From a virus, in the IMG/VR virus record IMGVR_UViG_3300025128_006599, positions 1 through 64,000 of that record: a stretch of 64,000 bases of DNA; one strand, 5' to 3'. This document shows, piece after piece, positions 48,816 through 58,360 of this stretch. The translations under genes were made by a program, and so were the position numbers. The notes beneath the pieces were generated by a model. The model ran no database searches. It was given only the letters and a program-made list of their open reading frames with translations, and was not told the DNA's origin. Position 1 is the stretch's first letter. Each line of letters begins with the position of its first letter.

Positions 48816-49378
48816 ACCTAATTAAAAACAACAAACTTACAAAATTATCTGGTAAATCATTAGAGGTTTTAAATCACGAAAAAAATAAACTTGAATTAAA
48901 AAACAATGAATTGTTTGATGTTTGTTACTTTAGTATTGATGATTATGATTTACAATTACCGACTACCTTTCAAAAAATTCCATCGAAAACTATTAAAGTA
49001 TTCAAGAAAAAAATAATCAAAGTTAGAAATGATGATGAACAATGGAATGATGTTCAAGGTATAAAAGATACGGGTGGTAATAAAGATAAAGATATGAGTA
49101 CAATTGTCTCAAGTTATGATGCACAAAAAACTAAGAAAATTATCAATAACAATTTGACATTTCAAACACTTACTATATTTACACCTAATTATTGGTATTG
49201 TAATTCAGTTGAATTTACTGCCATCTCACAATATTACAAAAGTGGATATGATACTTTTGCAAAAAAATATTGGGAACTTTGGTATGAATTACAAGGACAA
49301 TATTTGATTACACAAAAAGAAAAAAAATATTTACCATTTGTAAATTATATAAAAAGATTAGGATTTAATTATGAGTAA
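48791..49378 (+). CDS. hypothetical protein (start uncertain)
   Basis: ORF filling the gap between neighbours. Confidence 0.5.
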   Translation: MGSQLGRLNLIKNNKLTKLSGKSLEVLNHEKNKLELKNNELFDVCYFSIDDYDLQLPTTFQKIPSKTIKVFKKKIIKVRNDDEQWNDVQGIKDTGGNKDKDMSTIVSSYDAQKTKKIINNNLTFQTLTIFTPNYWYCNSVEFTAISQYYKSGYDTFAKKYWELWYELQGQYLITQKEKKYLPFVNYIKRLGFNYE

Positions 49379-50054
49379 AGTGGCGGTTTGTTTGGCAGGT
49401 GAAATGAGATATTGGGAAGTTATGAATCCCATTTACAAATCTTGGGATGTTGATTTTTTTGTATCTACTTGGGACACTACTAATCGTAAAGAAGACAATT
49501 ATCCATACAAGTTTCACGGAAATACAGATATAAATGATGATATATTAAAAACTTTGAGTCCAAAAGGATATGAATTTTTATCAAAAGAGGTAGAGAATAA
49601 ATTTGAATTTAATATGCCAAAATATTATTATTTAGTTTACAGAAGTAATTTATTAAAAACACAATATGAATTAGATAATAATTTTAAATACGATTGTGTA
49701 TTAATGACAAGGCCCGATGTTTATTATAGTAAAAATTTAATCAGACAACTCCAATCAAAAAAACTTGATGAATTAGTTTTATATTCTGGACCAGTAAATT
49801 ACCAAGAGGAATTTTTTGGAATAGGGATGAATGATCTTGCAGCATATGGAACATCGGCCACAATGGATATATTTTCATCACTCTACAAACATCAGTATTT
49901 AAGTGGTAATCACAATATGTTACCAATTGGACACTCAATAATTCCACACTATTTAAAATATGTTGGTTTGGATTTAGGTAGAAGAGAAGTATATCAAAAT
50001 GTCATCAATAAAATTAGAAGACCAGACGAGTATGAACGACTTAAACGAAATTGA
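49371..50054 (+). CDS. glycosyltransferase-like hypothetical protein
   Basis: VAVCLAGEMR, FFVSTW, YDCVLMTRPD. Confidence 0.45.
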   Translation: MSKVAVCLAGEMRYWEVMNPIYKSWDVDFFVSTWDTTNRKEDNYPYKFHGNTDINDDILKTLSPKGYEFLSKEVENKFEFNMPKYYYLVYRSNLLKTQYELDNNFKYDCVLMTRPDVYYSKNLIRQLQSKKLDELVLYSGPVNYQEEFFGIGMNDLAAYGTSATMDIFSSLYKHQYLSGNHNMLPIGHSIIPHYLKYVGLDLGRREVYQNVINKIRRPDEYERLKRN

Positions 50055-50448
50055 ATTTTTTCTAAAATTATTTCCACAAGACTATGATTTAATTAAAAAA
50101 GAAGATTTGGTAGATTTTGTCGGAAACCCATTTACTTTTATTAAGAGTTTAGAGGAACTAAATACACCAAGAACAGAAGATGAAGGACCAGTTTGTGAGT
50201 GTGTGGGTGAGAATACAAATAAATCATTAGTATTGTATTTTCAATCAATTATTACTCAAGGTATTGAAATACCTGTATATATAAACAATAAAAATCAAAT
50301 TATGGATGGTTACCATAGAGTTCAGGCATATCATTTACTTGGTAGAGAGAAAATACCATATTATCGTAATAAATTATGGAGAAATCATGGTTTTTGTTGG
50401 AAAAAAGGTATAGAAGGTAGAAGAAGATTACGTTTAAAATCTTGGTAA
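50032..50448 (+). CDS. ParB/Srx-like domain protein
   Basis: IPVYI...IMDGYHRVQAY. Confidence 0.6.
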   Translation: MNDLNEIEFFLKLFPQDYDLIKKEDLVDFVGNPFTFIKSLEELNTPRTEDEGPVCECVGENTNKSLVLYFQSIITQGIEIPVYINNKNQIMDGYHRVQAYHLLGREKIPYYRNKLWRNHGFCWKKGIEGRRRLRLKSW

Positions 50449-50461
50449 ATTTTATTATTAT

Positions 50462-50470
50462 ATATTTATA
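50462..50470 (+). promoter_or_regulatory. putative late-promoter motif ATATTTATA
   Basis: About 28 nt upstream of 50498. Confidence 0.5.
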
Positions 50471-50497
50471 ATTGTAACAATCTACTCGGAAAGTATT

Positions 50498-51355
50498 ATG
50501 ATTAAACTAAAAGATTTACTTGAAGCCAGTAAAACTGGTACAACATCCTCATCTGAATCACTTGGTGGGTATAAAGGATTTATAAAACCCGAAGATTTTG
50601 ACGCTTATAAAAAAGATTTAGCAAAAAAACTAAAACTAATATTAGCAGAGGGTGTTAATGATCCTGGTATATTCAAGGCCGTATTTCTTGCAGGTGGGCC
50701 TGGTAGTGGAAAAACCTATGTAGTGAAACAAATCTTTGGAATACCTGATAGATTTAATATCAGTATGAGTGGTATGAAGATGGTTAACTCAGATAAAGAG
50801 TTAAAATATTTGTTAAGAAAATACGGATTCGGTACAGATTTAGATAAGATGCCAGATGAGGTATTTGATGATTTGACTACACCTGGTAAGAGTGGATTAA
50901 GAAAGTTTTCAAAAGAACTTACTAAACAAAGAATGAAACTATATCAACAAGGTAAGTTGGGAATGATTATAGATGGTACAGGCCATGACTTTCGTAAGAT
51001 ACAAACCATGAAAAAAATGTTAGAAGATGATGGATACGACACTTACATGGTATTTGTAAATACATCATTAGAGGTGGCACAAAAAAGAAATCAAGAAAGA
51101 GATAGAATATTACCACCAAACTTATTAGAAAAGAGTTGGAAAGATGTTCAGAAGAATCTTGGAAGTTTCCAAGCATTATTTAATAATAATTTCGTGATAG
51201 TTGATAATTCAAAACATTTATCCGAAGAAGAAGCGGAGGCAAAATTTGTTCCATTGGTTACTAAAGTTATTAGAAAATTTGTGGCAAAACCCATCAAGAA
51301 CAAACTTGGAAAAATGTGGGTTACAAAACAAAAACGTCTTAATAGGAGAAAATAA
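50498..51355 (+). CDS. zeta-toxin/PNK-like P-loop kinase with putative capsid-targeting leader
   Basis: MIKLKDLLE leader; FLAGGPGSGKT, IIDGTG, RNQER. Confidence 0.8.
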   Translation: MIKLKDLLEASKTGTTSSSESLGGYKGFIKPEDFDAYKKDLAKKLKLILAEGVNDPGIFKAVFLAGGPGSGKTYVVKQIFGIPDRFNISMSGMKMVNSDKELKYLLRKYGFGTDLDKMPDEVFDDLTTPGKSGLRKFSKELTKQRMKLYQQGKLGMIIDGTGHDFRKIQTMKKMLEDDGYDTYMVFVNTSLEVAQKRNQERDRILPPNLLEKSWKDVQKNLGSFQALFNNNFVIVDNSKHLSEEEAEAKFVPLVTKVIRKFVAKPIKNKLGKMWVTKQKRLNRRK

Positions 51356-51356
51356 A

Positions 51357-51839
51357 ATGCTTACAACATTTGATGAAATAATAGAAGTTACTCTACACCA
51401 CGAAGGTGGATATGTTCACGATCCAAAAGATTTAGGTGGTGAAACTAATTTTGGTATAGCTAAAAGATTCTATCCTGATGTAGATATCAAGAATCTCACA
51501 AAAGAGGGTGCAAAAGAAATTTATAAAAAAGATTATTGGGATAGAAATAAAGTGGATGATTTATCTGAAGATTTAAAACACATCTTTTTTGATATGTGTG
51601 TGAATCAAGGTAGAGGTACAGCAGTAAAAATTTTACAACGAGCATGTAACGCAAAAGGTGCTGATTTAGCAGTTGATGGTGGATTCGGGCCAGGTACAAG
51701 AGCAGCAGTAGAAACTTACAAACCATCATTGGAAAGAGTTCGTTGTTATAGAATGAAACATTATTATGATTTAGTGAACAAGAAACCTGAACAAGAAAGA
51801 TTTTTGTTTGGGTGGTATCGTAGAGCTTTATCAGTTTAA
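51357..51839 (+). CDS. glycoside hydrolase family 108 endolysin
   Basis: HEGGYVHDPKDLGGETNFGI, FDMCVNQG, VDGGFGPGT, FLFGW. Start ATG 51357 with AGGAG RBS. Confidence 0.88.
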   Translation: MLTTFDEIIEVTLHHEGGYVHDPKDLGGETNFGIAKRFYPDVDIKNLTKEGAKEIYKKDYWDRNKVDDLSEDLKHIFFDMCVNQGRGTAVKILQRACNAKGADLAVDGGFGPGTRAAVETYKPSLERVRCYRMKHYYDLVNKKPEQERFLFGWYRRALSV

Positions 51840-51856
51840 TAAAATAGGAGAAAATA

Positions 51857-52135
51857 ATGGCAACAGCAACAGACGGTTCATTCGTTGGAAGAACACGAGC
51901 TACAGTAAGTAATGATGCTAAATTCACTAAAATAAAAACAACTACGGCAGAAGATTTTTATGCAACAAGTTCATTTATGGGTTCAAGTGGATTTATCATA
52001 CAATCTGCTGGTAATTCTGTAATTACACCTACGGAGGGTGATTCAGTTTCAGCTTCAAATTTGACCGCAAAAACACTATATGAAATAGGTGTACGAAGAG
52101 TAAGTGGTAGCGGTGTAGTTCACGTGGTATTCTAA
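51857..52135 (+). CDS. small S/G-rich putative structural protein
   Basis: 92 aa, beta-rich, AGGAG RBS. Confidence 0.55.
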   Translation: MATATDGSFVGRTRATVSNDAKFTKIKTTTAEDFYATSSFMGSSGFIIQSAGNSVITPTEGDSVSASNLTAKTLYEIGVRRVSGSGVVHVVF

Positions 52136-52139
52136 ACGA

Positions 52140-55100
52140 ATGAATAAATTAACAGAATGGTTAATTAAAGATTTAATTGATGAGGGAGTTGAATTACCAA
52201 TTAAAGTGGGTGATACCGTTTTGATGGGTAGATTCAAAAATAAACGAGTCAAAATAAAATCAATTAATTTTAATGAAAAGGGTGATTTGTTAATCAACAA
52301 TCGTCCTGCCTTAAAATTCAGAGTGGTTAGTTCCCAAACTACAGAGGCTGCTAGAATACCTCGTAAAAAAGGACAACATAGAGGTTCTTCATCTCATTCA
52401 GATTTATACACCGATGAGAATCCAAAGGGTACAATCAAAGGATTAAAGTTTGCAACCGTAAAGGATGCACAGGCCTCTGTATCTAAAATAAAAGGTAGTG
52501 GTAAGAAACACGCTCATAAAATACAGGCGGCGGTTGCTATGGAACAACGAGCAAAAGAAATGGGTAAAAAATCCGCTGCAGCTGTTTATAGAAAATTCAT
52601 CAACCAAATGAAAAAGAAAACCAAAGCAAAGAATGAAGTAGGGTTAGGTTCAACTAAAAAAGTTGTAGGTAGTAATGTTTATACCTTTGGGCCAGATTGG
52701 ATACCAACAAGTTTAGCTCAAAGAAAGAAAATGAAAAGACTACACAATAAATTAAATAAGTCTATACGAGAAGATGTTAATTATTTGGTAAATGAATTTG
52801 ATTGTGGTTGTCAAGAACTCTACGAGATAGAAAAAATTAATGAAAAGTGGAGTGCAAAATACAAAAAAAGTATTAATTGTAACAACCCTAAAGGATTCAG
52901 TCAACGAGCACATTGTCAAGGTAGAAAGAAAAATGAAGAGTTTGGTGCACCAGCAGGTGTAATTCCATCACCAAGTCGTAAGATGGTTAAAAAAATGAAG
53001 AAAAAGGGAAATACTTCAGTTCCTTATGGTAGTGGATATGAAAAGATTGAAGAACGATTTGCAGTCAGAGGTAATAAAGTAGAAAAGTTTATCACTGGTA
53101 AAAATCTTACACATAAAGGTAAGAAATATAAAGAGATAGATTTTGAATTAGTAAAAGTAGATAATCCTAAAAAATTAGTTACACTTAGAATCTTAGCACC
53201 AAAAAAATTATTTGGTCAAGAAGTACCTGTGAGATTCCAAACACTTAGAAGAGGCCCTTTTCTCAAAACCGATACAAGTAAAGTTCGTGAGGGACTACCA
53301 ACTAAAACAACTGATAAATTTAAAAAATTAAAAAATAAACCAGAAACAGATGCTGGAAAGGATTTTTCTGTACATCATGGTTATTCTATGAGTGCTCCTA
53401 TGGGTAGTCTTTCTGAACCAGACACTTATGATTGGGATGATGATGACAGAGAAATCGGTGGAACTCAAAAAGAAAAAGATAAAAGGAAAAAAGGTTACGA
53501 ACCAGTAAAAGAAGACAGAACAAAAATCAAAAAAGTAGTTGGTATTTATGGTGGTAGATTTCAACCATTTGGCCCACATCACAAAAAAACATATGATTGG
53601 TTAAAATCAAGAGTTGATGATGCATATATCACAACATCTGATATCAAGAAACCACCAAGACACCCAATGAACTTCAATGAAAAAGTTCGTCATATGGTCA
53701 AGATGGGTATTCCTAAAAATCGAATTGTGAAAGAAAAATCACCATATATCGCTAAAAACGTATTAAAAAAGTATGATGAGAAAACAACTGCTGTTATTTA
53801 TATTTTTGGTAAAAAAGACGCTGGTAGATTATCAGGTGGAAAGTATTTTAAAGATTATGACAAGAACAGAGGTAACATTTTAGGATATGGTGAACATGGT
53901 TATATTCTCACAGCACCTCACGTATCAATCAAAGTCGGTGGTAAAGAAGTAAGTGGAACTGTAATGAGAGATTTACTCGGTTCACCAGAAAATGAAAAGG
54001 GTAGAGAAAAATTATTCAAGCAGGCATTTGGATACTTTGATAAGGGTATCTATAATATGATGACAAATAAATTTAAAAAATTATACGAATTTTATCAACA
54101 AGATTCTGTAAAAGAAATAATCAAAGAAGTTAGTGCTTTAGGGGCTACGATAACTGCAGGTGATTTAGATGATGAGGGATTGTATGATTTCTTTAATTCA
54201 TTCGCTGATTACAAAAGAGTATCACCAAAACATGCACAAATTTTAGGTTGGGACGTAATAGATGATATTATTGATTTTGAGAATGCAACAGATCCTGGTC
54301 TTGATTATTCAACCTCAACCGTAGATAGAATATCAACCGTAACATATGGTAGAACTATAAATCAAAACACAAAGAATACAGATAGTGTGGATAATCCATT
54401 TCCTAAATATAAACAACATATGAATCAAATGATTGATAAACTTGGTTGGGAAATCGTAAAATTCTTTGGTGAAAAGGAAATAAAGGCAAAGAAAATTAAA
54501 GATTCTGATACACACGATATGGGAACTGCAACTGCAGGTAGTGGTAATACAAATAAACCAGCAACTCCAGATAAACTTAAAAAGATACAAGAGAATTTTC
54601 AAAGAGATGTGGGGTTACTGATTGAGGGTGGTGCTTATGGACATATGTCACATCCATTTGATGATAATAATCTGACGTTTTCAGATTTGAAACAGATAAT
54701 TATTAATGGTATAGGTGGAAAGTTAGACAGAGAAGATGGGGTTACAGAGAAACTCGATGGACAAAATCTAATGGTAAGTTGGGTTGATGGTAAATTAAAG
54801 GCAGCTAGAAACAAAGGTCATCTCAAAAATCGTGGTAAAACAGCTCCAACCACAAGTGGAGTAAAGAGTATGTTTAGTGGTAGAGGTGATATACAAAAGG
54901 CCTTTGTAGGTGCGATGAAAGATTTAGAAAAGGCAATTGGTAAATTATCAGATAAACAAAAAGAAAAAGTATTTGGTAATGGAACCAAGTGGATGAATTT
55001 AGAGGTTATGTATCCAGCAACAGCAAATGTAGTAGATTATGATGTGGCAGAAATAGTGTTTCACGGCACGATAGAATATGATGATAGTGGAAGGGCAGTA

Positions 55101-55853
55101 GGTCAACCTAAAGATAGTGCTCGTATGTTAGCTGGTATGATAAAACAAGTAAACCAAAGCGTTCAAAAAATGTTTAGGATTGGAAAACCAAACTTTTTAC
55201 AAGTTCCCAAATCTCAAAACTTTGGTAAATTAAAAGGTAAATTTTTACAACAAATAAATAAATTACAATCTACATATTCATTAAAAGATACAGATAAGTT
55301 GGGTGAATATCATCAGGCATATTGGAGAGAGTATGTATTTAATGCATCTAAACAATTTAAAGTTAGTTTGAAACCAAATCAATTTGTTAGTTTGGTTAAT
55401 CGTTGGGCATATTTTGATAAGTCATATAAGATAGCGGATATTAAAAAAGATTATAAAGATAGTCCAAAATTTTTAGATTGGATATTATCTACAGATAAGA
55501 ATGATGTTCAAAAGATTTTTAAAGATAATATAAAACCATTTGAAGTTTTATTCTTTTCAGTTGGTGCTGAAATATTGAAAAATATAAGTGGGTATATGGC
55601 AGCCTCACCAAATAAAACGGTACAAAAAATGAGAAAAGAAGTCATTCAGGCATTAAGGGATTTGAAAAGTGGTGGTAAGGTTGATAAATTAAAAAAGTTA
55701 AAAATACAAATTGAAAAATTAGAAGCAATTGGTGGATTAGATGCAATTGTTCCAAGTGAGGGAGTGGTGTTTAAGTATAAGGGTAAGACTTATAAGTTTA
55801 CAGGAGCATTTGCACCAATCAATCAGATACTTGGTAGTTTGAAATTTGGATAG
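52140..55853 (+). CDS. modular polyprotein: short basic modules + HIGH-type nucleotidyltransferase + ATP-dependent ligase-like domain
   Basis: YGGRFQPFGPHH...VSGT (53514-54089); TEKLDG, NLEV, FHG, SEGVVF, YKFTG (54627-55853); modules bounded by xxE sites. Confidence 0.8.
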   Translation: MNKLTEWLIKDLIDEGVELPIKVGDTVLMGRFKNKRVKIKSINFNEKGDLLINNRPALKFRVVSSQTTEAARIPRKKGQHRGSSSHSDLYTDENPKGTIKGLKFATVKDAQASVSKIKGSGKKHAHKIQAAVAMEQRAKEMGKKSAAAVYRKFINQMKKKTKAKNEVGLGSTKKVVGSNVYTFGPDWIPTSLAQRKKMKRLHNKLNKSIREDVNYLVNEFDCGCQELYEIEKINEKWSAKYKKSINCNNPKGFSQRAHCQGRKKNEEFGAPAGVIPSPSRKMVKKMKKKGNTSVPYGSGYEKIEERFAVRGNKVEKFITGKNLTHKGKKYKEIDFELVKVDNPKKLVTLRILAPKKLFGQEVPVRFQTLRRGPFLKTDTSKVREGLPTKTTDKFKKLKNKPETDAGKDFSVHHGYSMSAPMGSLSEPDTYDWDDDDREIGGTQKEKDKRKKGYEPVKEDRTKIKKVVGIYGGRFQPFGPHHKKTYDWLKSRVDDAYITTSDIKKPPRHPMNFNEKVRHMVKMGIPKNRIVKEKSPYIAKNVLKKYDEKTTAVIYIFGKKDAGRLSGGKYFKDYDKNRGNILGYGEHGYILTAPHVSIKVGGKEVSGTVMRDLLGSPENEKGREKLFKQAFGYFDKGIYNMMTNKFKKLYEFYQQDSVKEIIKEVSALGATITAGDLDDEGLYDFFNSFADYKRVSPKHAQILGWDVIDDIIDFENATDPGLDYSTSTVDRISTVTYGRTINQNTKNTDSVDNPFPKYKQHMNQMIDKLGWEIVKFFGEKEIKAKKIKDSDTHDMGTATAGSGNTNKPATPDKLKKIQENFQRDVGLLIEGGAYGHMSHPFDDNNLTFSDLKQIIINGIGGKLDREDGVTEKLDGQNLMVSWVDGKLKAARNKGHLKNRGKTAPTTSGVKSMFSGRGDIQKAFVGAMKDLEKAIGKLSDKQKEKVFGNGTKWMNLEVMYPATANVVDYDVAEIVFHGTIEYDDSGRAVGQPKDSARMLAGMIKQVNQSVQKMFRIGKPNFLQVPKSQNFGKLKGKFLQQINKLQSTYSLKDTDKLGEYHQAYWREYVFNASKQFKVSLKPNQFVSLVNRWAYFDKSYKIADIKKDYKDSPKFLDWILSTDKNDVQKIFKDNIKPFEVLFFSVGAEILKNISGYMAASPNKTVQKMRKEVIQALRDLKSGGKVDKLKKLKIQIEKLEAIGGLDAIVPSEGVVFKYKGKTYKFTGAFAPINQILGSLKFG
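53027..53047 (+). repeat. 21-nt direct repeat, copy 1 (TGGTAGTGGATATGAAAAGAT)
   Basis: Identical to 63257-63277; encodes GSGYEKI. Confidence 0.8.
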
Positions 55854-55863
55854 GAATAAATAG

Positions 55864-57195
55864 ATGCCCTCTATAGAAGAAATAAAATTAGCATTAGGTA
55901 CAATGGATAAATCATCCAATGCATCGAGTATTAATGAAAATGTAAATCCAACTTCATTTTCTCAAGAATTATTTGCTCCTATTGAAAAATTAGAAGATCA
56001 CATTCACGATAGAGATGGTATTATTGAAAATTTAGAGGAAGAAATATTTGAATTAAAAAATCAAATTTCTATATTAGAAAAAGAGAAATCTAATATTTTA
56101 GAAGAATTAAAGAAATCGGGTTGGTTAGAAAATAAAGTTACATTTTCATCAAAATATAAAGGTAACATGAAAACAATTCTTGGTGAAGTAAAGGTTGTAG
56201 ATACAAAGATAATATCTCTGTTAACAACCGTTGGAAGAAAAAAACAAGGTAATGAAAAATTAACTTGGAAAGGTTGGTTAACCATACCAGAGAATAGATA
56301 TCTATATGAAATAAATGAAAGTATAGCTAAAGATGTTTACAACGCCACTACTGAATATATACGAAAAAATTGGGAAGATAGAAAAATATCACGAGGTGGT
56401 GGAAAAAAAGAACAAGAATCTGTAAATTACTCATTAACATTTAGTGGGAATGCTGGTGCTGGTAGTCTAAATAATCATGTAACAACTGATTTTAACCCCG
56501 ATACTTATAACCTTAATTTAGGATTTACTGTTTCTTATTGGGTTAGACCAGATGAAGTAGGAAATACTATGTTTGCATTCGGTAGAAAGCATGCCAATAA
56601 CCAACGATTTACATTTGGTATTAATAGAAAACGTCAATCATTCTTCGGCATTGGAGCAAATACAGGAATAAAAGCATGGGTTAACATGGATACACCAGTA
56701 GAAGAATCATTGTTAGTTCAGGATGGTAGTTACTTTAATCTAAAAACAGATGGTACTTGGTATCATTTTGCAGTAACGTATGATGACCGCTCAGATACAT
56801 CTTCTGGTACTGACCGTAAGGTATATGTAAACGGAGTACTTCGTCAGACAGATAGTTTCAATTGGAGTAACACAGGCGGTGATACTGGTGGTATGATTTT
56901 TGGGGGGCGCAGAACATCAGGCAACCAATATGACAACGGATGGGCTTGTGGTCTTGACGAAGTGGCTATATATGACACAGCAAAAGATTCTGATTGGGTT
57001 GCAAGTGTATATAATAATAAAACTGATTACAATCATAAAGAGTCAGGTGGAAGTAGTCTTGTAGGATATTGGAGATTTAATGAAGGTGGTGGAACACGTG
57101 TAGAAGATTTATCAGGAAATGGTAATCACGGAACTTTGACCGCTGCATCTGGAGATATTACAGATTATCCAACTTGGTCAACAGATAAACCATAA
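55864..57195 (+). CDS. coiled-coil + LamG/ConA domain protein
   Basis: Heptad region LEEEIFELKNQISILEKEK; FTVSYW, WYHFAVTYD, VYVNG, LDEVAIY, LVGYWRFNEG, DLSGNGNHG. Confidence 0.8.
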   Translation: MPSIEEIKLALGTMDKSSNASSINENVNPTSFSQELFAPIEKLEDHIHDRDGIIENLEEEIFELKNQISILEKEKSNILEELKKSGWLENKVTFSSKYKGNMKTILGEVKVVDTKIISLLTTVGRKKQGNEKLTWKGWLTIPENRYLYEINESIAKDVYNATTEYIRKNWEDRKISRGGGKKEQESVNYSLTFSGNAGAGSLNNHVTTDFNPDTYNLNLGFTVSYWVRPDEVGNTMFAFGRKHANNQRFTFGINRKRQSFFGIGANTGIKAWVNMDTPVEESLLVQDGSYFNLKTDGTWYHFAVTYDDRSDTSSGTDRKVYVNGVLRQTDSFNWSNTGGDTGGMIFGGRRTSGNQYDNGWACGLDEVAIYDTAKDSDWVASVYNNKTDYNHKESGGSSLVGYWRFNEGGGTRVEDLSGNGNHGTLTAASGDITDYPTWSTDKP

Positions 57196-57213
57196 TATAA
57201 TATAGGAGTAATT

Positions 57214-57762
57214 ATGGCAAGTTATAGTAAAGAAGCAGAACGACAAAATAAAGTTTTAGGTGACCTTTTAGCGGGCAGAGAACCTGAAAAACGAATAATG
57301 GTCGGATACGATAGTGGAAACGAACCACAAAAACATGGTGATAAAATAGATAGACTCTCAGATATAATGAAAGAAGTAAGGATGCCTTACTTTTGTCCAT
57401 CTTGTGAAAAGGTAATGAAGAAAAGACTTGATGATAAGTTTTGGAGAATAATGGGACATTGTTTTGATTGTCAAATTAAAATAGAAAATAAACTTCGTAT
57501 TGAGGGTAAGTGGGAAGAATATGAAAAGAAAAAAATATTAGAAAATAAAAGAGCGTATTTAAAAGATTTAAAACAAAGTATTGATGAGTTCGAAGCTTCA
57601 GGAGGTAAGACTACGTTTTTTAATGAAGTTGGAGTTGATGAGAAAAGTGTGGAAAAAGAGGAATGGTCAATGGGACAAGAGAATTTTGATAAACTTGTCA
57701 CGGAGGCTAGAGAATATATTGAAAAACTTGAGTTGGAGTTAGAAAATGAAATCATCGAATAA
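57214..57762 (+). CDS. hypothetical Zn-finger protein
   Basis: CPSC...HCFDC. Confidence 0.6.
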   Translation: MASYSKEAERQNKVLGDLLAGREPEKRIMVGYDSGNEPQKHGDKIDRLSDIMKEVRMPYFCPSCEKVMKKRLDDKFWRIMGHCFDCQIKIENKLRIEGKWEEYEKKKILENKRAYLKDLKQSIDEFEASGGKTTFFNEVGVDEKSVEKEEWSMGQENFDKLVTEAREYIEKLELELENEIIE

Positions 57763-58021
57763 AAGAAAACTAATACTACCTGAGGATATTATATTTGAAT
57801 TAATGGATATGACTGCAACTCTTGGAGAAGTTGCAGAAGAGTATCATCGTAAGATTGGACACGATGAGGAAATTGAAAACATTTTAGAAGTTTATCATAG
57901 AATCATAGATAAGTTAATGAATTTAAACAAATATGAATCAATTGATGAAAATGGTAGTAAAACAGTTAATCTTGAAGAACTTGTTCATGGAGCAGGGCTT
58001 TCATTTTTAGGAGAAAATTAA
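57746..58021 (+). CDS. hypothetical protein
   Basis: 91-aa coupled ORF with GGAG upstream. Confidence 0.55.
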   Translation: MKSSNKRKLILPEDIIFELMDMTATLGEVAEEYHRKIGHDEEIENILEVYHRIIDKLMNLNKYESIDENGSKTVNLEELVHGAGLSFLGEN

Positions 58022-58342
58022 ATGAAAAAGGTGTGGAAAGTATTATTAGGTATTATTGGTGGTCTTTTAGCCATTTTAGGACTTGGTGCAAAAGCTTCTG
58101 GTAAGAAGAAAGAAGAAATCAAAAAACTTGATAACGCAATCAAACAAAAGGACAAAGAAGTTAAACAAACCGAGAAAAAGGTTAAAGAACTTGAGTCAAA
58201 AAAACGAGTAAACAAAAAACAAGTTGAAAAACTGAAAAAAGAAGTTAAATCTACAAAGGCAGAGATAAAAAAGGCTCAAAAGGCAGTTGAAATTGATGAT
58301 GTAGATGAAGCAGTAAACTTTTTGAAGAAGTTTTCCAAATAA
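58022..58342 (+). CDS. membrane-anchored coiled-coil protein (i-spanin-like)
   Basis: N-terminal hydrophobic VLLGIIGGLLAILGLG followed by a Lys-rich coiled coil. Confidence 0.5.
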   Translation: MKKVWKVLLGIIGGLLAILGLGAKASGKKKEEIKKLDNAIKQKDKEVKQTEKKVKELESKKRVNKKQVEKLKKEVKSTKAEIKKAQKAVEIDDVDEAVNFLKKFSK

Positions 58343-58360
58343 ACTGATATATATGTATAT

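Noticed and set aside
12426-50054. Bacterial O-antigen/capsule locus (host contamination or chimera)
   Set aside because: No flippase, polymerase or export genes; interleaved with phage-type Hint/S74 genes and continuous in strand and composition with terminase and portal
50498-51355. Zeta toxin-antitoxin module
   Set aside because: No epsilon-like antitoxin adjacent; the leader and context fit a phage late protein better
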